A stretch of 64,000 bases of DNA, taken from the NCBI GenBank assembly GCA_964016885.1, contig OZ024741.1:57598001-57662000 (forward strand), given 5' to 3'. The notes under the pieces are model-generated. The model ran no database searches, was not told the origin of the DNA, and saw only the letters and a program-made list of their open reading frames with translations. Source of the stretch: Eledone cirrhosa. Taxonomy: Eukaryota. Shown one piece after another: positions 28,521 through 41,395 of the stretch; within the stretch, counting starts at the first letter, position 1; each line of letters opens with the position of its first letter. The translations under genes and the position numbers were made by a program.

Positions 28521-28670
28521 AATATAGAAATGGCTTCTACAGCCCCTGATGATTTCCTTTGAATGAAACAGTTTTAGTCCTGTAGAAGCCATTTCTATAT
28601 TATATATTCATACTCTGCTATGTATTGAGTACCTTACTTACTGTGGTTACCCCTGATTGAACCCGTGATG

Positions 28671-28675
<5 letters not shown>
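28521..28675 (+). mobile_element. Small fold-back element enclosing an HHR-like core (relative at 44385-44555)
   Basis: 22-bp perfect IR (28521-28542 / 28580-28601) around CTGATGA..GAAAC..GTC, then a tail. Confidence 0.6.
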
Positions 28676-28710
<35 letters not shown>

Positions 28711-29354
28711 TACACATTTACACACACACACACACATAAAATAAATCAAAATAAGAACATTTCGATTTTATTGTTCTGTAAAAGCTCAATGGAAGTAAGA
28801 TTAAAAAACAACATTCCAGAGCTGACTGATACAAGAATATTACAGAAACTTTATGATTATATAATCTAATACATATGACAAGGTACAATAGCAATCAGGA
28901 TATAAATATATTACTTATACATAAACTATACCCATGCAGCTGCTTCGATTCTCAGAGAAAAAATCCACGAACTACCATGGTTAAGATAAACGAGGTAGAA
29001 TTAATGAATTTCAAGACCCAGATTCTCTTCAGTAAGAGGTGTCTTTGAACTAGTGCCACAAAATATAATTTGTCCATTAGGAGACTAGTTGAATAACTGA
29101 CTCGTAACCATATCAATATCAGCAAATGACACCATGCTGTAATGAGAGTCAACTACATGTACTTTTTGGTGTCATGTGGACAGTAAAGTGGTTGATGGAA
29201 GAACTAGAAATAGCTCATCAACTCATTCTAATACAACAGTTCACCAGAAATATTGGAGCAGTATAAAAAATAAATCGAAATAAGAACATCTCGATTTCAT
29301 TGTTCTGTAAAAGCTCAATGTAAATTTTTCACGCACGCACGCATGCACACGGTA

Positions 29355-29945
29355 ACAGGAAGAAGGTCAGAAGGAGAAATTTATTGAGTGTTCAATTTTT
29401 AACATATGTTTCTGTACTATTACATAACTGTCTACATCTGCTGATTGCATTATACAATGTTCATTCGTATGCATTACGTTTCTATTATTGTACTTCATGG
29501 AGCATCGGATGCCATGATTTGCAGCATTGAGTTATGGTCCTTTATGGTTTGAGTTCAAATCCCACTGAGGTTAATTTTGCCTTTTATTCTTATGAGGTTG
29601 ATAAAATAAAGCACCAGTAATGCACTGGGATAATTGCTGGCCTTGTGCCAAAAGTAGAAACAATTATTGCACTTCACTAGAAAGAAGTTAACAGGAAGGA
29701 AGAAAAAATGTTTTGTACTTTAGCTGTGTCAGCAGTAAGTAATAGTTATTGAAGAACTGCTGTACCCACTTTTTCTTCCTCTCTGTTAACTTCTTTCTGA
29801 TGAAGTGCAATAATAGAAATGTCATACATATGAATGAGCATTGTACAATGCAGTCAACACATGTAGATGGTTATGTAATTGTACAGAAACATATGTTAAA
29901 GATTGAATACTCAATAAATTTCTCCTTCTGACCACTTCTTCCTGT
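29355..29945. repeat. Old inverted-repeat element interrupted by a SINE
   Basis: 29355-29497 plus 29677-29715 is inverted at 29762-29945. Confidence 0.75.
29498..29670 (+). mobile_element. SINE (Meta-like domain) with 14-bp TSD
   Basis: ATTATTGTACTTCA (29484) / ATTATTGCACTTCA (29663). Confidence 0.8.
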
Positions 29946-30369
29946 CTAGTTCTTCCTGTTTTTGCAGGTACCATACTTATACTTATAAATACTCTGTCAT
30001 CTTCTCCTTGGAAATTGTACTATAACATTTTTGATTGGATACCCATGTTACACACTACAAGGAACACATTGAGAGAAAATATTTGGTAAGCAGTCCTCCA
30101 CATTCATTTTGTTTGCGTATTCATCTCAAACATAATTGTTTTGATCTACACAAACGAAATAAAATTTATCTTCTCGTATATCTTATTCACATAGAACATT
30201 TCACTCTTTCTTTTATGAAATCCTCGACCCTGTTTAAATATATCTATTGGTATTTCTTGTATTAAATATTTATTAATATCTTGAATATTAGTTTCATATA
30301 ACTTTTACATATAACTTTTAAATTATCTTGTAAAATTCATATCTTTTACCTCTCTTAGATGTCTGTATT

Positions 30370-30477
30370 TAATTGTTTCTACTTTAGGCACAAGGCCAGC
30401 AATTACCCAGTGCATTACTGGTACTTTATTTTATCGACCCCGTAAGGATGAAAGGCAAAGTCAACCTCGGCGGGATT
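30370..30477 (-). mobile_element. SINE (Meta-like domain) 3' half
   Basis: Reverse complement of the body and tail of 47447-47647. Confidence 0.8.
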
Positions 30478-30789
30478 GTATTTAATGAACACTAATTTTT
30501 AATTTGCATGCACGTGTCTGTATGCATGCATGTATGTATGTATATGTGTGTGTATATATGTGTGTGTGTGTGTGTACATGTGTGTTTGGGAATATGCATA
30601 TCATCTTCATCGTTTAACGTCCATCTTCCATGCTTGCATGGGTTGGATGGTTTTGTTCCACTTGAGGTGAGATTAGTCGGGCAACCGTGCCTCGCTCATA
30701 AATCATAGCAACGAGAGAAGACACAATGAATTATGTCAGATAATAGGGGATACAATTCTTTGCATTTCTCATAGCGAAACATATAATAT

Positions 30790-30897
30790 ATCATCATCAT
30801 CATCATCATCATTTTACGTCTGCTTTTCCCTGCTTGCAAGGGTGGGATGGGTCTTATTCAGCACACCATCTCTCCACTTGTCATGGTCCTTCATCAT
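30790..30897 (-). mobile_element. RTE family A 3' end
   Basis: Near identical to 8272-8390. Confidence 0.85.
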
Positions 30898-30899
30898 AA

Positions 30900-30969
<70 letters not shown>

Positions 30970-31275
30970 TATATGTATGTATGTGTTGTATATATATTTT
31001 GCCAATGTGTGTATATATAATGTATGTCTTATGTCCAGGTGTATATTGTTATAGTGGAGATATGTACATTTTGATTATTTTATTAATTTGTATTTACTGC
31101 CCCATCCGTAGTTTTTATGTGCTTTACCAGGGTAGTACTTTATCCCCTATTATCTGACATAATTTATTATGTACCTTCTCTCATTGTTATGATTTAGAAT
31201 GAGCTTGGTCTCTTTTCCTTGAGCTCCATTGATCATAGGGGATTTATTGTGAGTTTCTAACTCTATATTATAATT

Positions 31276-31310
<35 letters not shown>

Positions 31311-31317
<7 letters not shown>

Positions 31318-31569
31318 CGTAGTTAAGAAAGCCACAACAATGCAGAGGGAAATCTCGAGGTAGGAAGTGAATGATAGATAGGAGAAACAGGAGAAAGTGA
31401 AAATTGAGAGAGACAAAGATGATCATCTTTGTCTCTCTCAATTTTCACTTTCTCCTGTTTCTCCTATCTATCATTCACTTCCTACCTCGAGATTTCCCTC
31501 TGCATTGTTGTGGCTTTCTTAACTACGTATTTTACACATTTCACAATGCTTCAAGCAAACTTTAACACC

Positions 31570-31574
<5 letters not shown>
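31311..31574. repeat. Perfect 224-bp spacerless palindrome + 40-bp tail, PLE-terminus related
   Basis: 31311-31534 is symmetric about GATGA|TCATC. The 3' part resembles 12131-12214. Confidence 0.9.
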
Positions 31575-31609
<35 letters not shown>

Positions 31610-31878
31610 CAAAAATATATGGAGGAGAAAGCAAGACATTTAAAAACAAAATTTAATTCTTACATGATGTTTCGTCTTCAAGTAGATTTACAATACAACA
31701 GGTAGACATATATGTGTGTATATATATACGACAGTAGAGATAAACTTATAAGACTCATCACAGAAAAATTATTGTCCTTAACGATGCTGCTGAAGGGAAA
31801 GTCCAAGTTCATACGACAGCAAAGCAAAGACTACACATTCATGATATGTTTATTCTTTAAGAATATATATATAAGTAT

Positions 31879-31909
<31 letters not shown>

Positions 31910-32142
31910 AATATATAAATATGTGTGTGTGCAAATGAATAATAGATTGGAAATGCACAAGGCAAACTGGTTACTATAATGATTGCATGCATCCGTATTT
32001 TAGACACGCAGGCCAGTTAAGGAAGAACATACCGATTGTTCATTTTGTTTTGAACTGTTTCAGCTCCACATTTGAAAAGAGGGTCATAGCCCTGAAATAT
32101 CATGTTGAAATACACTGGGCAAAATATTATTTGTTTTGGATT

Positions 32143-32350
32143 GGGCGGTGGATTGGCAAGGGCGGTGGATTGGCAGTATCGGTAGAGAGTCGGATGCCAT
32201 GCTTTCCAGCATAATTACGTCCCTTTGCGGTCTGAGTTCAAATCCCGCCGAGGTTAACTTTGCCTTTCATCCTTACGGGGTCGATAAAATAAAGTACCAG
32301 AAATGTACTGTGTAATTGATGGCCTTGTGCCAAAAGTAGAAACAATTATT
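32143..32350 (+). mobile_element. Full SINE with duplicated 5' head
   Basis: GGGCGGTGGATTGGCA occurs twice, then A box TGGCAGTATCGG, B box GAGTTCAAATCC and Meta-like body. Confidence 0.85.
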
Positions 32351-32581
32351 TGTTTTGTTTTATTTTATTTGTCATCATCTGACCTTTGTATTTTTCTATC
32401 CAGTTGTACCGGCTTTTTGAAAATGATCAGTCTTTTATTACACACACACACACAATTTCACACATACACACACATATATATAAAGGTGTATCTACGTGTG
32501 TATATATATTATATACACATATATACATAAACATATATAAATATATGTGTATATATATATTCATACATACATACATATACG

Positions 32582-32627
<46 letters not shown>

Positions 32628-32849
32628 AACACACACACAGACACACATATATATAAATATACCTACTACATCAAGCCTTAAAATTGATATATTTCTTCAT
32701 TGTAAAGTATTTTTTCCATTTACTTTTTGCATACAGACATACATTATATATACATTATATATATAAAATATTTAGATTTTGGTCTTTGTATTTATTATTA
32801 CTATACACACACACACATATATATATGTATATAAATATGTATATGTATA

Positions 32850-34388
32850 TAGTATTAGTTATACTATTTATGGTTATGTAAACACAAAACCTTAAGCAGT
32901 TGTAAGTATTTTACACACACCCTAAATAGTGGTAGGCAGTAATGTATTACTACCTTATTACCAGTAAGTTAAGTAGCTCAATGTAAAAACATCAGATGAT
33001 TTACAGAGCAGTTATATGAAATATAAGAATCAAAGAACTGTTCAAAACATTATTGTGCTTACAGCTGTTTCCTCCAAACTGAGGTTTGGATTCTTCGGAG
33101 CAATTTATTAATGCATGGACAGTTATATGACCTCCTTTTCAGCCGAGAGACATACCAATACATATTCAAACATTGATACATATTCAAACATTGTGGGTCA
33201 ACATTCATTACAGAATTTAGAGTGGCAGTACACACTTCGAGATTACATTTATATTAATAGGTACAATCAACCTTTGGCCTGCCTGGGGACGATTATCTTT
33301 CGACATCCAATGTAGCAAGCGATGACCCAGATCTTACCAGAGATCATTGGGTCCTGAAGCAATCCTGCAATCACCGCGCCTGGTCATATGAGCAGACTAC
33401 AACCACAGAGATCATTAATTTAGAATCCTCGCTCATCATCTATAATTTCCATTTGTAGCACCTTAAGATGGGTTAATCCACCTTAATAATAATATGATCA
33501 CCTTCAGCATAATTTAGTTAAACTACTCTATAGTTAGTACACTTTATGCTTTAAAAGTCTCTCTTGGAAGGTGCACCTCACCATAGAATTTAGGGTCTAT
33601 ATTGGGACACATTTTAATGGCTAGATATAGAAACCCCAGAGTTACCTCCCCGCATGCATTAACTCCCCTTAGCCACACACACACTTCCGGTATTCAATGG
33701 CGTTTCTCGAAACGTAACAACCTCCTGTATCGAACTAAAGAACACCAGACTACGATCTCTAACTGGATTGTCGTGGATTATGTGAAAGGCATATAATCGA
33801 AATATACACTCCCTTGACCATGAAAATGCCGAAGTACATGAATTACTTGACATCCCTGCGCTGTGCATCTCCAATACTTATAACACTTTTAATGCTTGCA
33901 CTATCTTTAATGCTTATAATATTTCTCCACACACAGACTATATCAATCATATAAAGACTTTGCCACCAGATCTACCAATCTAACACTCTTATTTACCTAC
34001 CTAAGTGCCTCTACCACACATATCTCTCTGCCACACTATATAAACAAGACGCACATGCGTGCCACACATATAACATTTGCACTATATAACCACTTATCTT
34101 CATGTTGTACTTTAACCTATATCTTTGATTTTTGATTGTACCTATTAATATAAATGTAATCTCGAAGTGTGTACTGCCACTCTAAATTCTGTAATGAATG
34201 TTGACCCACAATGTTTGAATATGTATCAATGTTTGAATATGTATTGGTATGTCTCTCGGCTGAAAAGGAGGTCATATAACTGTCCATGCATTAATAAATT
34301 GCTCCGAAGAATCCAAACCTCGGTTTGGAGGAAACAGCTGTAAGCACAATAATGTTTTGAACAGTTCTTTGATTCTTATATTTCATAT
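32850..34388 (+). mobile_element. Degenerate PLE with ~255-bp inverted termini
   Basis: 33013-33267 is inverted at 34135-34388, and the left tail matches 13110-13270. HHRs at 33056-33102 (-) and 34300-34346 (+). Internal LLYRTKEH resembles the GIY-YIG RxxEH motif. Confidence 0.75.
34300..34346 (+). ncRNA. Hammerhead candidate, U4C core
   Basis: TGCT-CCGAAGA-aTCCAAACC tc GGTTTGGAg-GAAA-CAGCTG-TA-AGCA. Confidence 0.65.
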
Positions 34389-34568
34389 ATGTATATATGA
34401 ATGTATATATACACATATATTTATATATATTTATATATATAAATATATAACCCATGCTAGCGTGGAAGATGGACGTTAAACGAAGATGATGATGATATGT
34501 TTATGTATATATATATACACACACGTATATACACCTTTATATATATGTGTGTGTATGTGTATATATAT

Positions 34569-34612
<44 letters not shown>

Positions 34613-35465
34613 GTATATGTATATATATATATAAATACATGTATGTGTATGTTGGGAAACATTTTTGTATTTAACCATTATAGTTTGTGTCCAGTTGATT
34701 GAAGCCATAGCATTCTAGATGTCAAGTAGCTGCGATATAAAATAAAAGTGCAGGTTACTTGATTAAACTGGATTTATCCATATATAGGAAATGAAAATAA
34801 ACTATGCTTACATAAAACTTATAATCCATTACATATATTACACATGTATCTAGTTTTAAGTAGTTTTAAAGTGTTAAGGGAAACATAACAACAATAGGGA
34901 AAAAAAAGCAATAACAATACATAAAACATTCCAACAAAACATTGGTAATCAAAGATGTTATAAATTCACACAGTTTATAAATATATATTTGTCAACCCTA
35001 TGCCCTGTAATAGATTTATATATTCGTAAACATACCGTATATCATTAGATATACAAAATATATATATATATCTAAATCATCATTGTTTAATGTCCATTTT
35101 ACATGCTAGCATAGGTTTATAAATATATAATACACACACACACACACATGTATATATATATATATATGCTGTCATGGTTTATTTTCTGATGCCACATGGG
35201 AAACACATCATTCTGTATCAAAATGACAGAAGAGCGCCGATAAGAGAGAGACTTTTCTAGATTAAAAACATTCTATTTGAAGCAATCTGGCTTAAAATGT
35301 TAAATGCAACAAATATATATTTAATATTCTAAAAGAAACAACTGTTTAACTTTCATCGGTTCAATCCACTTACAGATTGTGATAAGAAATAGAGATTAAA
35401 ATAGTACACATATATATATACATACATATATATTTTGTGTACAGCCCCCATATATATATATATAT

Positions 35466-36740
35466 AGAGGCTAACCGCAGCATTAATAGTGGAACCGGCG
35501 ACCAGGATAGGAACCATAGCAGCAATAACAACAGCTGTAGAAGGGGCCATAATAGGAACAATAGAAATAACACCATGTCGCAAAACTATATCTGTAATAA
35601 TGTCAATCGTAACAATGACGGCAACGGTGGTGGTGGTAATGATAGTAATAATGATAGCAGTGGACCTCACCACAATAGCAACAAAAAGCATTGCAATTGC
35701 CGAAACCCCAACAACTGTCCGCTCCAGGGCCACTGCTTCATTAGAAATGTAAGCTACAAATGCACCGTGATGAGTAATAATAGCACTAGGTCATACATAG
35801 GCGCCACTTCTAATGAGTTCAAGACTAGATTTAGATCGCATCTCCACTACTTTAGAAATAAGAAGCTCAGATTCTCTACATCCCTCACTAATTATGTTAC
35901 ACTATTTAACTGAATCTAACATTAGCTACACCACACAATGGGGAATAGTTGATCAAGCAACCCCATATAATTTGAGGAAAAATTGCCAGCTCTGCCTAAT
36001 GGAAACATACTATATAGTGAACTCACCCCAGGAACTCATTAATGGTTGGGCTGAAACGGTCATCAATTGCGGCAACAGACTACAGCACTCGTTCCACAAG
36101 TGGTCTCCAGAACAGGAATAACATCCTATTTGCAGCTATCTGCATCGCACCACCATTTAGTCCACCTGCAATAGGTAGGCCAAAGTGCAGTGTCTAATAA
36201 CGCTATTAACCAATCATCTGATTTTTACAGAGGCACTGCCCATCACCTAATGAGTTAGGCTCACCCTGCTAAACCTTCCCCCAAGCTGGGATAGGTTAAA
36301 ATAAAATTTAGGGTAATTTATGGCCTAGCACCGTACAGTTACCTCCTCTGGTGGATTATGCTCCTTTCACCGACGCCATTATGTTTATATGTTTTCGCTC
36401 ATAATGCAGGTAGACGTGAAACTGAGGAAATGATTCTCAACGGTATTTATACTTATTGATGACATTATATAATCAATTATTTCTCTGACGAGCCCGTGTG
36501 GGCGAAACATGTTTAAGGGCTATATAAAGAACTTGTTTTAACGGCTTGTAACTCTTTCATTCATTCACTTGCTCATTCCCGCTCTGCTTGAACTATACGC
36601 TAAATATTAAATCTCTAATATTTAAATTTGCTAACCCAAGCATTAAGCACACCACGCTCCGGCTATTGGCATTTAGTAATCTGTATCGCACCTCTCTGTA
36701 TCTCTCTGCTTCCTCCTCCCCTACAATACTTATACCTTAT
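35466..36740 (+). mobile_element. PLE 3' part: Asn-rich linker + GIY-YIG (frameshifted) + terminal repeat
   Basis: CNCRNPNNCPLQGHC, NVSYKCTV..YIGATSNEFKTRFRSH, CQLCLME. Same type as 1938-2735. Confidence 0.85.
36481..36519 (+). ncRNA. Hammerhead core in PLE terminus (helix I imperfect)
   Basis: CTGACGA-GCCC gtgt GGGC-GAAA-CATG-TT. Confidence 0.6.
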
Positions 36741-36830
36741 TATATATATATGTATATACAGGTATATGTCCCAAGGCTCTGATACCATCAACACCATAAA
36801 CACAGAGCTGGCATATCTAAGAACTGACTA

Positions 36831-36886
36831 ACTGCCTGATGAGGTCATAGCCATTCAATGGCTATCATCGAAATATATATAGCAGT
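36831..36886 (+). ncRNA. Minimal type I hammerhead in a solo ~180-bp terminus
   Basis: ACTGC-CTGATGA-GGT c ATAGCCAT tca ATGGCTAT c ATC-GAAA-TATATA-TA-GCAGT. Confidence 0.8.
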
Positions 36887-37573
36887 AAATAAAGGATTAT
36901 GAGTTCATGCAATTGACTTATGTTTCGTCACTATATATATTAAGATAGTAGAAAAACCAGGTACCTCCATAAAAACACTTATTAGCAATACATACCCTTT
37001 TCAAAGATCTCTCTGTATAGATAAGAAATGTATAATCTGTAAACTAAGCCCCCATATTAACTGTAAAACTAGAAATGTAGTATATAGCATAAGATGTACT
37101 GAAGGACAATGTAGAGATAAGAATATAGTGTACATAGGTGAGACAGCTCGTAGTATAGGAGAACGGATAAATGAACACTGGCGAGAGCTTCAAGATAGTA
37201 AAGAATCATCTGTACTCCACCAACATGCTAAAATAGAACATAAGGGTAAATTAGAGAACATAGAAATAAAAATAGAATCTACACACAGAAAAGACGCAAT
37301 ATTTAGACAAATAACAGAGGCAATAAACATAAATGAACTCCAACCAAAATTAAATAGAAAACATGGATAGAATAGCAACATCACAACTTACAATTAAGGA
37401 CAAAATGAAAATACACACGCACATAGAACAAACAACCAACCTGTAACATATAAATAAACAAATATAAACACACACAGACACCCGGATGCAAACTAAGCAC
37501 ACAACACACACAAAAACAAGATGGCGTAGGACAGAACAAAGGAGAGGCACAAAAACAAAGAAAATAATCCCCA

Positions 37574-37616
37574 GTCACTGAAGAGGTCACAGAATGTGTG
37601 ACGAAAGAACTTTGAC
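37574..37616 (+). ncRNA. Minimal hammerhead ribozyme
   Basis: GTCA-CTGAAGA-G-GTCACA..TGTGAC-GAAA-GAAC-TT-TGAC. Confidence 0.7.
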
Positions 37617-37700
37617 AATATATGAACAATCGTCTGGTTGTGGAACCAACCAACCGGAAATTTATAAATTCCTAAATTTATAAATTTAATTTATAATAAA

Positions 37701-38623
37701 CTAGCAGTAAAGCCCGGCGTTGCTCGGGGTCGCTCAGTAGCTGTGTTAAAGTTACAATGTTAAGTTTCTTTCTTGGCTTAAAAACTGTAGTGTCTACTGT
37801 GCAGACTTGCATGTGGTGTTTTTGATTAATATTCCCTCAACCAACAATATGCCTTATGAAGTTAAGAAAACATAACGATAACCCGAATGTTATAACAAAA
37901 GAGGATGCTGGGGATAGAAACTGCACTGGTTATTTATTAACAAAGATCGAAAATGTAAACACTGCAACGCAGAGAAAAACATTAGCGTAACCAAATTATC
38001 AGTTATGTCTGTCTGCACGCCTATATCACCTCTCTGCACGACTGTCTGTCTGCACGCCTATATCACCTCTCTGCACGACTGTCTGTCTGCACGCCTATAT
38101 CACCTCTCTGCACGACTGTCTGTCTGCACGCGTATATCACCTCTCTGCACGACTGTCTGTCTGCACGACTGTCTGTCTGCACGACTGTCTGTCTGCACGC
38201 CTAACGACGAAATATTTGCTTGTTTTACGTAGTCTTTAAATAGACTTGTTTTCAAGTAAAAATATTGTTTTAAAATGCTTTTAAATGGAAATGAAGCAAA
38301 ACGGAAGCTTAGTGTTCGAACTGATGAATTTTGCAGGTCTGTCATTTTAAACGCTGAGAAAGCCAGCGTAATTTTTTACGTAAGACGCTCAATGTAAACA
38401 GAACAAAGGGAAATAACTGATAACTTACGCTCAAAAATCGATACATTATATTCGATTTCGTCACATAGGGTGGGTCAATTTGAAATTTTTTTTTTCCGAT
38501 GTCTTCGCTAGGGCTCAATGTACAAGTATAGCAATTTCGGTGCAATTCCGTGAGAGATTCTAAGAGGAGATGTGTGCCAAAAATCGATAGACAGACAGAC
38601 AACCACAGTTTTATATATATAGA
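37701..38623 (-). mobile_element. Non-autonomous Helitron
   Basis: Minus strand starts TCTATATAT and ends CTAG, with subterminal hairpin CCCGAGCAACGCCGGG. Inserted at A|T with no TSD. The empty site ATAATAAA|TTGAAGTG is seen at ~28075-28090. Confidence 0.88.
38006..38202. repeat. ~39-bp minisatellite inside the Helitron
   Basis: TGTCTGTCTGCACGCCTATATCACCTCTCTGCACGAC about four times, plus shorter subunits. Confidence 0.9.
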
Positions 38624-38759
38624 TTGAAGTGAAAGCAACTGGTGCGTGTGTTTCTTATTGGCAACATGACCCTCCCAAAGCATAACAATATCGGTTTCAA
38701 CACACGTTTTCAGATAAAGAATCTTGCTAAACAAATTCGGAAACGAAATATATATATAT

Positions 38760-39333
38760 ATAAGAGGAATCAAATGCTGTGTGCTGGAGAGGCGGTTGCG
38801 CTGGTATGGACATGTGATGCGTATGAAGGATGACAGCTGCATAAAAAGGTGCAGAGCACTAGAAGTCGATGGAAACCGCGGTCATGTTGGGGAGACCCAA
38901 CATGACCTGGGATGAGGTGATAAAAGCCGACCTTACCCAATTGCACCTCTCAAAGGCAATGACACACGACCGTGACTTCTGGCGTCACGCAGTAATACAG
39001 AGTACCCGACCTCCCATGGGTACAAGCTGAAGCATATAGACAATATGCCCCCCCCCCCCCCCCCCCCGCAAGGTGGCCGTGGAGGTGCCACGGCAAAAAA
39101 GCACCCTGTCCACACTGTAAAGTGGACGTGTAGGCGCCACGAAAAAGCACCCAGCACTCACTGTAAATGAGCTTGGTGTTAGGAAGGGCATCCAGCTGTA
39201 GAAATCAAGCCAAATCAGTTCCTGTATGAGCAAGGCATGGTCAGCCGACCAGTCACTGCTCACAACAGGACAACCCGTCTAACCCATGCTAGCGTGGAAG
39301 AACGGACGTAAAACGGTGATGATGATGATGATG
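38760..39333 (+). mobile_element. RTE family C 3' fragment
   Basis: [21 protein letters not shown], 3' UTR, (GAT)n tail. Confidence 0.9.
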
Positions 39334-39416
<83 letters not shown>

Positions 39417-39460
39417 CAGGGTGTCCCCCCAAAATGTATACACATTTTTGGGGACACCTG
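39417..39460. mobile_element. 44-bp Tc1/mariner-type TIR-only mini element
   Basis: TA-CAGGGTGTCCCCCCAAAATGT..ACATTTTTGGGGACACCTG-TA. Confidence 0.65.
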
Positions 39461-40528
39461 TATATATGCAAAAATGAGACAAATAGAATGAAGGAAATAA
39501 AGTTTTGTAAATACCAGACAATTGAGCAGAGTGTGAGGTTACACAAGGTAAACAAATATTGAAAAAAGAAATATGCACAGTCATGGCTGCACAACTTCAC
39601 GGCCATGTTGTTGTGGGTTCAATCCCACTTTGCATTGAGTTGATCAATGGCTTGTGGGTGGAATTAGATAGATAAAAACTACAGAAGTGTGTGTGTGTGT
39701 GTGTGTGTGTGCATGCGTGCTTGCATGTATGTGTGTGTGTGCATGCATATGTGTGTGTGTCTGTGTCTATGTGCATGTGTGTGAACTGTAGATGCCTATG
39801 TGTATGTGTGCATGTATGTGAACTGCAGAAGCCTATGTGTATGTGTGCAGGTGTGTGAATATGTGTGTGTGTGTATGTGTTTGCCTGGAAAGAGAAACCT
39901 CCAATGGCAGATGGTGAGACCAGACCCTAAAATGGTCCCAATGTCAACATAGGCAGATATCAATGCAATGATAATGAACAGAGATGAATGGAGGAAATAT
40001 ATTCAGGATGTTCTTCACTCTTCTGTAAGTGGAAATAATTAAGAGACTCAGCAAATAGGTGTATGAATTTGGCAGAGTCATTAGAGTGGTGGATATTTGT
40101 ATTGGAACTCACCACTCTGAGTTCATATACTACCAAATTTCATTTTGTTTTTCATCCTTTCCAGGCAGATAAAAATGTAACAGCTAAGTGCTGATACAGC
40201 GCTCTTTCTTCTTCCAGCTATAACATCCTGGATATTCCACTGTATTAAGAGTGGAAGGTTCTAGAGGGTGTCTGTATCTGCTCACGACTGCACGGATTCT
40301 TAAAACCCTTAACAAAAGCCTAATAGATAATACTAAGTCATAATTGATTGTGAGCGATGGCTTTAGTTTACTCACCGGATTTTATATAATAAATCACTCT
40401 TTATATGAAGGAGAGTTCACACATACATCCCACACATAATTAATGCAGATGGATTATAGTAAGTAAAAATATTACAGTAATTAGAAAATGTTATTAATAT
40501 GCAATTTATTTTTATATATGTATGTATG

Positions 40529-40562
<34 letters not shown>

Positions 40563-40829
40563 TGTATGTATGTATGTATGTATGTATGTATGTATGTATG
40601 TATCTATATGTATGTATATATATATATCTATCTATATGTATGTATAGATATGTATCTATATGTATGTATGTATACATATATCTATATGTATGTATGTATA
40701 CATATATCTATATATGTATATATATATATATATGTATATATATCTATATGTGTATATATATATATATATGTATATATATCTATATATGTATATATATATC
40801 TATATATGTATATATATATATATATATGT

Positions 40830-41395
40830 ATAGCTGTATAACAAAGTGCAGGGCAATAAAGATAGACGGTAGCCACGGAATAGGCAGACCTAGAAAAACC
40901 TGGGACGAGCTGATAAACTCTGACCTCACACACTTACACCTCTCCAAGACAATGTCACTGGAAGAGACCTTTGGCGGTACTCAGTAACAGAGAAAACCCG
41001 CCTTACCTAAATACATAGTAAAACCTACTACAACCAGTAGGCATCTCTAACAAAATACACCCCCCCCCCACCCCATCCACGCCACCCCGTTCTATGTAAA
41101 GTTGTGTTGGTGCCACACCATCCAGGCCGAAACAAATGAGATCGTGTAGGTGTCACGACAAAAAAACACACAGTCCACGCTGTAATGTGGCCATGTAGGC
41201 AACACGGTAAAAACCTCCCAGACCCACACTGTAAATGTGGTTGGTGTTAGGAAGGGCATCCAACTGTAGAAAACCTGCCAGACAGTCCTATGCGAGCAAG
41301 ACAATCACTCTTGCCTCAAGTGGGACTACCCCCGTCCAAACCCATGCAAGCGTGGAACACGGACGTTAAACGTTGATGATGATGATGATGATGAT
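40830..41395 (+). mobile_element. RTE family B 3' fragment
   Basis: [24 protein letters not shown], 3' UTR, (GAT)n tail. Confidence 0.9.

Larger units (their letters stand above)
36939..38750 (+). mobile_element. PLE 3' part (GIY-YIG + terminal repeat) split by a Helitron
   Basis: Frame 36942-37370 reads KIVEKPGTSIK..CIDKKCIIC..NCKTRNVVYSIRC..YIGETARSIGERINEH..RQITEAI..PKLN. Confidence 0.88.

Noticed and set aside
29945-29975. Possible recursive splice site TTTTTGCAG|GTACC
   Set aside because: Weak donor and no supported host gene; expected by chance.
31660-31765. Minus-strand GTGATGA-GTCTT...AAGAC-GAAACATC
   Set aside because: C3 is mutated, helix I is absent and the loop is very long; too degenerate to call.
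35180-35212. CTGATG-CCACATGG-GAAACACATC
   Set aside because: A9 is missing and there is no helix I.
38321-38345. CTGATGA inside the Helitron
   Set aside because: No stem II-GAAA-UH arrangement follows.
40184-40380. Possible host exon (minus-strand GTGAGT donor)
   Set aside because: No recognisable protein or partner exons; may be decayed LINE sequence.
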